From NCBI GenBank assembly GCA_000708835.1, contig DF236956.1:248001-312000 (forward strand): a stretch of 64,000 bases of DNA, given 5' to 3'. Source of the DNA: Klebsormidium nitens. Taxonomy: Eukaryota; Plantae; Klebsormidiophyceae. Both the position numbers and the translations under genes were made by a program. Below are positions 46,498 through 57,500 of this stretch, piece by piece. Under the pieces are notes generated by a model. The model did not search any database. It was given only the letters and a program-made list of their open reading frames with translations, and was not told where the DNA came from. Within the stretch, counting starts at the first letter, position 1. Every line of letters begins with the position of its first letter.

Positions 46498-49400
46498 CTA
46501 CCGTTTATAGAACCGGGCTAGTGCGGACGATCTTAGCATGTCGGCGTCCGAATCCTCAACCGCACTCTCCTGCTTCCGCTTCAGCTGCTTGCTGGCAAGA
46601 TCAGCAGAGACCTGCGAACAGGGTAGAACTGTGTCAGAGTGGGGTCGTGTCAGAGTGAATCTGCTTTGGACAGGTAATGAAAGCACGAAAGTGCAAAGCG
46701 GTGGAGAGGATCGGCAGACGGGAAACGGTAGGGGTTTTTGTTTCGTCCTGGGTTTTCTACGGCAAAGACGCGGCAATTGGATTTTGCAGTCCGGTCTCCT
46801 TCGACCAATCCCGTAATTAAACATCCAAGGACTCAAGTACACATCCCCCGCGCTTTCTTTTCAGGCGGGACTAAGGCACTCACCGTCGCTTTCTTGTTGT
46901 CGATGATGTTCAGCTGCTTCTTCCGGTGCTTCTTCGTGGGCTTGCTCTTCCCCTGCGGAATCGATGACAAATCACCGGTCAGAAACACAAATCTGGGCGA
47001 CTATATTGAGACCGGACATCCCGCGCTGGTTCTATTTGCGCTTAAGTGAAAGGAACTGGGTACGAGGAGACATAGAACCCGTAGTTCCACTGAAGGGACA
47101 GTCAGAAGTGGTGGTGTGGGAGTACAGAATGCGCAAACATTGAAGGGACACTCAGCGATGGTAGTGGGAGAGAACGAAATGCGCAAACATTGAAGGGACA
47201 CTCAGCGGTGGTGGTGAGAAAGAACAAGATGCGCGGACACATCCCAGAGGCCTCACCTTGGCCTTATTCTTGAGCGCAGCCTCCTTGCCGGCCTGCAGTG
47301 CCGCCTTCCGGTTGGCTTCCGCCTCCGCCGCAGCTTGCGCTTTCTGCAAACGGAATGCCCGGTTGAGCTTTTCTGACACATCCAAACTCCCACTTCCGAG
47401 CCTTCCAACATTCGCGCTTTGCCAACTTAGACCACCAGAAATAGACCGTTCCCAGCAGGGCACTTCTAGTATCAAGCTTTTCTCGGCGCTTTTGTGCTGC
47501 CATGAAAGGGCGCACACAGCTGGGACGTGACAGATAGCGAATCACACGAAGGGAATTTCACACAGACTTTCCGATTCCGACCACAAAGCTGTAAGCCCAA
47601 CGTTCTTCCTGCTGCGTAGCCAATCGTTCTAACCCCTAGAATCTCAAAAATGGTCAACAGAAGGGGACCCAAAGATGCTGAGTGGCCGCTTCCGCAATCC
47701 CTCACCGAACGGGATCAGCCGGTCTGAAATCGATCTCACACTTTTCCAGGCTTTGTAGATTCCCAAATCAAGATAGACACGAGCTTCGCTTCAGACTTCG
47801 GGCATACCCGCAACTTTTTGGACGCCTTCCACTGTTTACTAGTTTCCACTACTCTATATCATATTCCAGGTCCTACTTCGGGTCAACGATACGGAATAAG
47901 TAAAGCCCGGGACTAAGATAAGTAAAGCCCGGGACTAACCTGCAGCTCTTTCGGCGCTTTCCGCACCCCCCCGATCCAGTACGGGTCCAGCGTGATCGTC
48001 TCCGGCTGCAGCTTGTCAAGCAGCAGATGCACCTCCGCCTCCCTCCGCTGCTTCTTGGTTTCGTACGGGTTAGCGACGAAACTATCGAAGTTAGGATTAC
48101 CCGCGCCGGGCACGATGATCGAGGAAAAGCCCCCCGAGTGCCCGAGCGCCAGTGCGTCTTCGAAGGGGCAGAATGCCACGTCAGCGATCGCGGAGTTGTC
48201 GAAGAGTCGGTGCGTGAGGTAGGGGGACTTGGCCTTAGTTTTGAGGGCGTCCTGAAGAAAGGCGAAAGTGTCTTACAGTTCTCAGTTCCTGGCGCGGTAG
48301 GCAGACTTATACACACGCAGAAGAAGTTGATGCCAGAAGACAATCGTTTCGCGGACAAGTCTTTTCAAACCATGATCGAGACTGCGGAATGCAAATCCAC
48401 CAAAGTAAGGCGCCGTGGTCTAGACAAATCCAGGCACAAAAAGACCGACGTCAGAATAGGCGGGAGATAATCTTCCTTTCTTACTAGACGCAATCACAAT
48501 ACTGAAATTGCGTGAAGATCAAACAGATAACTTCTCTACTCCTTTCTACTCGACATCGCAGCTAAAAAGGTCGACGCTGTAACTGCACAATCTCTAGCTG
48601 CAGTGCAAAGATCGAAAATAGCACCAAGTCGAGCATACGGGTAAAACGCGCATAGGACTGGCCAGCCAAATTTCGACGACAAGATCGATGAAAGATTCAA
48701 AGGCACGACGCCAAGAAGTCTATACTTTAGTCTTGGAGCGGAGTTTACGGTGAGATGTTCAGACAGGTTTATTCAGAAACGAAGCTAACCTCCAGAATTT
48801 TAACCGCGCCGCCATGGATCACGAGGAGCCAACTCGGCGAACGTCTCCGTCAATCGAGAAAAGCTTGAAGTTTGACCTCCGGGTTAGCCGGGTTAGCCGG
48901 GACGTTTGAAAAACCTGGCAACTTTTAAGCAGGAAGGTTAAGCTAACCTGCCAGACTTGGACCGTGCTGCCGTGGGCGACTGTGAGCAGGCCGCGCTGGC
49001 TGACGTCGAGCGCCTGCGCGGGCTGGGGGGAGAAGTAGGCGTGCACCGGCTGGAACTTTCGGACGTCCCAAACCTTGACCTGCGGACACCAGAGTGCGGA
49101 CATCAATCAGGTCGGTTCTCATCATTCAACGGGAAATGACTCTGGTCGCGAGCTTATGAAAAACAAAGAGGCAAGGGTGCAGCTTTGAAATAACCCTAGT
49201 AGAAGACGAGGAAAGAGGATAAGAGCGAAAGGAACCGAGATCGCCATGAAAACGGAACGCAGGACATACTTCTAGTTTCTGTGTTGGACGGGGAAATCCG
49301 ACCAACAGCCAATCCTGTTGACAGTGATATATCCGGCTCCGACCGCCTGAATTTCCACTTGAGCTGACAGCTGAACCGTCGCATTCCACACGCGCCCCCT

Positions 49401-52400
49401 TCGCAGTAATGATGGCGTTGCTTGAAGTATCCTTCATAACGTTTGAGGACGGGTAGACGAATCGAGGACGGGTTAACGACGGCTTCGGGTTTAGAGACCA
49501 GCGGCCGAAGGCAGGGATATGAGAAGCGTTGATTGCAGGCAAGGCCCCGCTCACCTGACCGTCGATGCCGCCCGTGACCATGTGCCGCCCCTCGACGTCG
49601 AACGCGAGCGCCGTGACAGGGCCTCGGTGGCACAGCAGCGACACCAGCGGCGTGCTCATGTTTGGGCTCCAAAAGCTGACCTGTGGGATGAGATTAGGAA
49701 GCTGTGTTACGCTTCGGGTTGAGCTACTTTTCAGGGTTCAAAAGTTTGTGGAGGCAGGTGCTGAAGTCTCGGCCTCCTGAAAGCTGCACTGCTGAACGGA
49801 AATTTTGACGTAGTAAGGTCACTTGAACAAAGAACTCGAACCAGAATGCCAAACCGCGAGGTGCCGTGGAAATGCAGCTTTCGGTCAGTGAGTCGTAAAA
49901 CGCAAAGATTCACGCATGGATTGAAAACGAACCCGACGGCTCAAAGAACGTAAGCAAAAACGATCCTTGACAAGCTTGTCTTTCCGGAAACGTACTACAA
50001 TTGCAGTGCGCTGTCGTTTGAACCATCTCACAACCGCAGGAGGCCGTTTGTTGGGGCCTGGATACAATGTTATCTTGATAAGCCGCCAAAACTCATAGCC
50101 CGCTCGTCTTGAAAGGCCCCGACGTCCCCCTCCACCCAAACATCAGACAATAGCGAACGGAAAAGCAAAGAAAAGGGCGCCAAAAGCTGCGCTCTTTGCT
50201 GTCCCGTTACTTCGCACCAGCCCAACTGCGGCATTGTCCGGATAAACGCCTAGTAGTCCGCACCACCCCAGCTTCGTCTTGTGCATCGATCGAGCGCACA
50301 GGAGACTTGTTCGTAAGGAGAACGGACGAACTAAATAGTCGCTGAAGCAAACTCTCTCTGTCCCATTACTGTGCCCCAGCCCGACTGCGGCGTTGTACGG
50401 GTTCACTCCCAGCGCACCGCACCGCCGAGCTTTGACTTGTGTTGCGCCAGTATTAATCTAGGAAATTAAAAAGTAAAGACGGAATGCAAACAAACCTCGA
50501 AAAGCTGGGAACCCTCACCGTCCCATTACTGTGCCCCAGCCCCACTGCGGCGTTGTACGGATTTACGCCCAGCACCCCGCACCGCCCCAGCTTCGTCTTG
50601 TGCTGTGAGACGATCGCACCCGTACTCGTATCCTGATACCGCAACACGCCGTACTTTCCGACGCTGGCTAGGAGGAAGTGGTGATGGAGAAAGCCGAGTT
50701 TGAGGACGTCGGTGTGCTCCTGAACGAACGGGCAGACTGGGTTGAGATGGGGTTTAGATGTTGAGGATTTGGGTTTTCGAGAAGCCTGGTTTTCCACATA
50801 TTTGGGTTTTCGAGAAGCCTGGTTTTCCACATATTTGGGTTAGTGAGTGATGGTGGAGGAAGCCCATTTTGAGGACGTCGGCGTGCTCACAAGCGACACT
50901 GGGGCGACGTTGTCTGCTTTGCGACGCGATGGGCTATTTTCTCGGTATTTCGACGGTAGGGGCTGACTCGTCTTGATTCCGAACGCCCGAAACGATACCT
51001 TCTTAGGGAGCCCACTTGAGAGGATTCAACGAGAGGATTGTGAAAAACCTCCGCAATCGAGTTTAAGCAGCCTGGTTCGACTCCGCTCAGATTCGATTCA
51101 GGATATTCTCGGTCCTCGCAATGGCTTGCCTCGGCGAATGTAAGGTCCGCAAATCTCGTCACACTTGCTCCTCGCTCTCTTCCTCGTTGGAAGCTCGCTC
51201 TACTCGCTCCAAAGCAACGACTGGCAGTCAAACGTCAAGCGCATGCCGCTTTGCAGTTTCGTCAGCCAGCCTTCAATTGAGCCTTCATCTGTTCTCCCAT
51301 GACCGACCAAAAGTTGACTTCAATTGACGCAAAAACCTCTGGCGATCCGCAGATTGAGCTTGATCTGCAAATACCAACACCCCGGCACAGATTCTTCACT
51401 ACAATTCATAAGTTTCCCTCTGGTGTAGCTTTAGAAAGAAACGTTGATAACGGGTGTCACAAGACGTTTACCTTGAGGCAGTGCACTTCGATGCCCCGTT
51501 TGTCGTATACGTACACGTACTTCTTCTGCGCCGCCGCAAAGAAGCTCTCATTGTGCAGAAACTGCACGTCCCGCGTCGTCTCCTTGACCTGCAGCTCCGT
51601 CACCAGCTGCGCCCTCGCCCAATCCATGATCGCCAGGTGTCCCTTTCGGCCGCCCACCAGGAGGTGCCGCCCGCTGCGCGTGTAGTCTAACGAGTACGGG
51701 CCCAAATCTGCGGGAACGAAGATCCTAATTGGACTCCAATAATCTGAGAATGTCAAGAATTTGAGGCTTTGTGGGTGAAACCAATCTATCATCGCCAGGT
51801 GTCCTTTTCGGCCACCCACCAGAAGGACACACTGCGGTTGTAGTATAAGGAGTACAGGCCGAAACCTGTGGCAAACAGGAATTTGAAGTTTTGAGATTTG
51901 AGGTTTCTGTGTCTTGAGCTTGTCGGAAGGGGGCCAATCCACGATCGACAGGTGTCAGAATCAGATATCAGCAGCGGAGCCATGTTTGGTGGGTGTTTCA
52001 GTGAATAGGGGTCCAAGCACGAGAGTTTCAAACGGGTAAAACGAGTCAACGAAAGGTGTGCCGCCAATACAATGAACTCCGAGCTTTAACTTAAGAGCGA
52101 AAGGTGAGTGCGACCACTTTGTGGAGAGACACAGAATCTCGGATACGAGGACCCATACTTGAACGCAAGCAAGGTCCGGAGACTCCAAGAGCAGCTGTCA
52201 CCAAGAACAGCTTTCACTAAGACAAGCACCCCAGAAAGACGTGACTTTAGCCTGTAATCAGCGTCAGTGTGGCTATGAAGCACACGTTAATCCTAGGCTG
52301 AGTTTAACGAATCTTTCACGCCTGCCCACCTGGCAATCGAAGATCGAAGATCTTTCTCTGGCTGGTTAGATCTAGGTGCGGCAGAATTGCTTCCTGCCGG

Positions 52401-54166
52401 TAGTTCTGGGTGCGCTCCACGCCCTCCGCCTCCAGGAAACCCGCTTCCGCTGGCAGCAGCCACTGGAAACCACAAAAAACTGCATATGAGCACAACTTGG
52501 CAATGCAAGCGACGCCCAAACCAAACGAAGAATCTCCTCAAAAGTCACAGACTTTTATATATTTTTGAAACGACAGCAGCAGCCACTGAGGAAAACCACA
52601 ACAGGAAGCAGATGTGAGGAACAGCTTTCGATCGAGCGTAATAGACGGCTGAACCAATTCTTGATTCTCTGCAACCAAGTTGAAAAAACCAAAATGAGGA
52701 TTCCTGCATTCAGATTGGAACTTCTTCTGTAAATCTTTGAAACGAAGGCAACCGCCACTGCGAATCACACCGACTGAGAATCCTGGGGCAAGCGTCATAT
52801 GGGGGCAAAGCAAGGAGGCTTTGATTTCTGTACCTCAATCGGACTCGTTATGCGATAGCTTAGGACGAAGACGCAAGCATTGAAAAAGTACTTAGAATTG
52901 TCGCAAAGGACCGAGGCATTCTTGAGAGGAGCCTCCTTGACTGGCTGAGGAGGTGCCGGACGATAGCTATAGTCCTTGGCAGCGTCCCCCTTGAGCGAGG
53001 GATATCTTTGCAACATGAACTTCAGAGGGGCCCAGATTTCAAACAGTGCAATCCTCTATCTGTCCTCCAACTTCTGACACGAGAACTCACACCAGGCATA
53101 GTATCGACCGCCGTACCTCAGAGTCACCTCACCAGTTTATACTTATGCTCGTACTCTCAGATATGACGGAATAGAGTAGCAACATGTTACAAACCGTTGG
53201 ATCATAATTCCTTGGAGAGCCAACAATGTTCCAACTTCCTTCTAAGAAATCAACTCCCGAGGACATCGTCTCCATACCTGTTCCACTTTCGCGGCGCTCG
53301 TCGCAGCCTCGCCATAAAGCTTCTCTGTCGCTCGAAGCTGGCCTTTGAGCTTCTTGTCTTGGATGCCCTGCATCAATAGAGCCAAAAATTTAGACCACAG
53401 CAAAAGAGTCAGCCACATTGTGAGGACGATATTTTTTAGTCAGGTATACGTACCACACCCAAGTGCCTTGACTGCATTCCATAGACGTCTCTTGGCTGCT
53501 ACATGAGAACTGTGGGGCTGCGCATGGCCTGGGCTTGATTGCACAGTATGTTTCCATATATGTCGCAGTTTTGAGGTGGCTTAGAACGGCTTTGATCGTT
53601 GGTGGCATATGCGAGAAAATAGAGAGGGCACAATGTCCAGCACCCCGGTTCGACGAAAGTGAGGGCGTTCTGGGGTGGAGCACACTGGTCGCAGATATCA
53701 ATGTGCAGGGCAAAAGCGTACATGAGGAGGAAATATCCAAGCTGCGTCATTGAAACTTGTTGTTGTCATTGCAAGATTGGCAATTCACACAAAGCTTGAT
53801 AATGGTGGTGGAAAGTATCCAAAATAGCGAACATATACTACATGAAACGAACACTTTTCTTTCCGCCTCGAAGCCTCACTTCCCAGTAGCACCACCTTCT
53901 CAAGAAACCTCCCGCACAAAGCACCATGCAGCACACAATCACAAACCTACGATCCACAATTCTCGCAGCTTTTGCAAACCCCTCACCTTCAACTTGGTTT
54001 GTGGGCCCCTGTTATACTTGACCGCCTTCTTTCTGGTGTCCTTCTGCTGCTGCTTTTCAATCACCGCCTGCGCCTCTTCCAAGGACGGCTTCGGTGTGTC
54101 AGCGCTTCCATCTGACTTCCTCGCCTTCTTTCTGGGAGGAGGGCCTTCGACCCCTGTCGCCGCCAT
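46498..54166 (-). CDS. WDR46: WD repeat-containing protein 46 / Utp7 / BING4 (SSU processome), 11 exons, ~559 aa
   Basis: Exons 54166-53987, 53367-53278, 52462-52330, 51707-51472, 50719-50519, 49680-49555, 49079-48948, 48251-47940, 47343-47257, 46952-46884 and 46611-46498, all GT-AG and in phase. Motifs LGPYSLDYTRSGRHLLVGGRKGH and the BING4-CT segment SIIVPGAGNPNFDSFVANPYETKKQRREAEVHLLLDKLQPETI. Confidence 0.95.
50200..50444 (-). pseudogene. Two decayed intronic copies of the 3' half of WDR46 exon 5
   Basis: 50360-50444 and 50200-50284 match 50520-50605 (first 40 nt of the nearer copy are 39/40 identical). Both lack the GT donor, and the nearer copy has a 1-nt deletion. Confidence 0.9.
51781..52020 (-). 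pseudogene. Two decayed intronic copies of the 5' part of WDR46 exon 4
   Basis: LLVGGRKGHLAMIDW is encoded at ~51781-51830. Matching anchors are CCAATC at 51619/51781/51934 and GAGTAC(G/A)GGCC at 51692/51850, with a weaker copy at 52003. Confidence 0.8.
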
Positions 54167-54372
54167 TGCACAAAATTGGAGTTCAATGGAGTGCTTAGCC
54201 TTCTGTGAGGCGGCTAGCAAGACGCCAGAAAAAGGCCCTTGGCAGACGTCCACGCAATGCTGAGCCGCTCAGCAACTTTCTACGACAGGGCCACGGTCCT
54301 GTGCAACCTGCGTCACCGTGCACATATTTAGTATTACTTGTCCATGATGATGAAGGTATACGGCAATGGTTG

Positions 54373-54383
54373 AAACCCTAAAA
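54373..54383. promoter_or_regulatory. Telo-box-like motif (AAACCCTAAAA) in the 423-bp gap between the divergent WDR46 and RAP-domain start codons
   Basis: The motif is read directly. Telo-boxes are established in promoters of plant ribosome-biogenesis genes. Function here is inferred. Confidence 0.45.
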
Positions 54384-54589
54384 TAGAAACCGTTACCATG
54401 CACTCACGTTCAATGCTGAGCACAAGTCTGAAAAGCGCAGAACGAAAGCTGGGACTTCCATGGAAACCTTCAAAAGCGTTGGGAGTTGGGAGTTGGGTCC
54501 TCGAGATTGTAGAATGGGAAAGTGCTATGGCGGCTTTTCTTGTCTGAAGCCAGCAGGCCATTCAGGAGTTTACTAGCGGGCATTTTATC

Positions 54590-57500
54590 ATGGCAAGCGC
54601 AGGGATCTGCAGGACTCCGGCTGGCCGAACCTCCTGCTTCTGCGGTTGGGAGAATTCCACTTACACCAGCAGGCTTGCAGCACAACCTGCTAGTGGCGGG
54701 GTCGTTGTGTCGGGTTTCCTAACAAGAGTGCCCGCCTCTTTCCGACGGAGCGGCCTTTTGAGTTCTGGCTGCCTCGGGCCTTTGAAAAGGTTGCAGAAGC
54801 GTTGCGATGCTCTTGAGCGGTTCAACAATGTGAGGGCTGGGGCCAAGAAGAAGGCGGCTTCGAAATTGGTCGCTTCCGCCAAGAAGGGCAGTGCAAAGGG
54901 GACAGCTGTTTTAGAGGTAGAAAAGGAGGAGGCCGCACCGCAACTAGAGAAGGCGGAAAGTGCGGAGGAGGACGACTTGGGAGACGGCTTCGAGAACGAA
55001 GAAGAGGCAAAGGCGTTTGCCGCCCAGTTCGCCGACTTCTTTGAAGAAGACGACTCTGAAGAAGATGACAACGAAAACGAAGAGGGTGGTAACGAGTATG
55101 AGGAGGAAGAGGATGGGCCGGTTGAAATCGATTGGGAGTACGGGTCCGACCTGGGGTCGAAGCTGGGGGAGGTGTTTGACCCCATCGATCTTGGGATTGG
55201 AAAGGAGTGGCCCAAGCCGTGGGCTGAAGTTCCCGAGACGTACAATTGGTCAACCCGCACTGCGGCGCGCAGGGAGGAGTCGGCCAAACTGCACCGCATC
55301 GACATGTCGTATCTAAATGCGGACGTGAGTGCCTGTGGGCTTGCTGTTAGGGTTCTGGGTTTTGATTCCTGGTTTCGGCATAGTTCTGTTGTGATATCAA
55401 GTCCCTTCGAAACAAGTCATTTTACAGTTTTGTCTGCAGGGTTTTAGCGCACTACTAACCGGGTGGTAAACTGCCCTAGAGAAGTTGTGGTGTAGAGCTG
55501 TTGGGCGAGGGGTGGGGGTGTGGGGAAACAACGGGATGCCAAGGGTTGTATTCGCTGAAAGTGTTGTGTTGAGGTCCGATTGAGAGGTGGTGGCAGTGAT
55601 GGCCTTTTGCAATCTGCGCAAAGAACGCACCATATTAAGGTTACTCATTTGGACATTCAACGATCAGACCAGTGGCATTCTTCTCCATCAACATAAAGGC
55701 TAGTCGATCTTAGACCAATCTATCACTGTCAGACCCACATTGAGCTCCTCTTGTGAGGCATCTCAGAGTATGTAGCGTCTCACGGTTCAGTTCTTGGAAT
55801 TTGCGAACGATGGGTCCGAGAGGGTTCTACACCACCATTGCATCAAATGATTCTGCTGGTATAATATGCGTAGGCGTTTTTCTCAACCAAGTCGATGAGA
55901 GACACTCCGTTCAATACCCATGCGAAAAGTTGACGTCGGCAAAGTTTTATTCCAATGATGCGTTCGCCAGTATGGCGCTAAGCAGCCCACTGAATTCGGC
56001 AGCCTGCATGTACAGGAGGAGCGGAAGGAGCGGCTGAAGCAGAAGCGCAAACTGCGAGAGAAGGGCCTTCTACGGACACGGTGGGATAACGAGAAGGAGG
56101 TCTTCAATGACAACGAGTTGCTCAGCGTGAGTCTCGGTTGCGCAGAGCTCTTACTCTGACCACTTGAGGGAGCTGCTGCATTTGCGTAGTGCCAGATCCA
56201 AGTGGGAGAGAAAGCGGGTCGGGCAAGCGAATGGTTTGGCTGTCCGCGCAATGTCTGGTACCGAAATTGCAATCCAGATAACAATCAGGCTTTGTCCATC
56301 GAAGTGATTGCGCGTCCTCATCTTAACGGTTGTTCGCAGCACGTGACTGAAACAAAGCGTTTCTATAAGCCTAGATTGGCGGGCAGGTTGCCCCTGGCTG
56401 TAGGGACCCATTGACAGCATCTCCTACTCGATTACCTCGATCCCAGCGCTTGGACATTCAAACAGAAATCTCAACCCGTTTTCTCATCCAGGTTAACGGT
56501 CGAATCATTCGTGGCCCCGAGGACGCATGGGCGGCTTGGATGGCGGACCGTGGGCGTGACGACATCCTCGGCGAGACGGACTGGAAGGCGCTCGGGATCG
56601 AGAAGCCGCGTCCCGTGACGTTCGCGGAGAAGCTCGGGAAGGTGACGAGGGCCGAGGCGCAGCGGCGGCGGAAGAAGGCTCGCGTAGACCCGAACCAGGA
56701 GGAGTACCTGCACAAGAGGATACTGGATGCCAAGGTTGGTTTCTACTACAGGAGGAACCACGCTTTTCTAGGTGCAAAAGGCTTGACGATCCCAGGGTTG
56801 AAGATTTTTGTGACTAGATGCGGTCTGCGGGTAGGAGAATGTTGATTAGGAAACCAGAGACGCAGGGTTTTGCAAGTTCAATAGCATGATCGTGTCCTGT
56901 CGATGAAGGTCGTCAAACCTTTCTTGCATCAAAACTATTCGACAAGCATGGTCAATCGACGAGTCGAGAGTTCGTCAACGTGCCAGTGCGGTAAGTAAAT
57001 AGGCTTCAAAGATTTCTGCTGTTTCTTGCGGCACGTTCTACCATTGAGCCAACCTCAGCAAAATCGGACAAGGTCCTCAAAAGAAGGGGTGCAACTTTGG
57101 ACGATGCTTCACCTTTTGCTCTAATTACGTTGACTTCAACGGAGTCTGCAAACCAGTATCCAATTTTCCCGGTACATGATTCGCCGTCACCCTCTCCTCA
57201 AACCACGCCTCGTTTGCGGCAGACTATGGACGAGGTTTTGGAAGCCATGGAGGCCGCCTTCGACGAGGCGGGCATCAGCTACTCGGGTCAGGTGGAACGT
57301 GACTGGGCCCCCATGGGCGCTCTTTCTTCGGTCAACATCGCAATGGCGGTGCACAGAGTTGGGCGGTTCGCATTCCGGGAGGGGCTGTCGAGGAAAGACA
57401 AAATGTCGCTATTGCGACAAGCGCCCGTGCAACGGCTGTTGCGGATGGCGTACGAGGTGCTCGGCAGGTGGGTTAAGAGGGGTTCGCCGAAACTCGTTTT

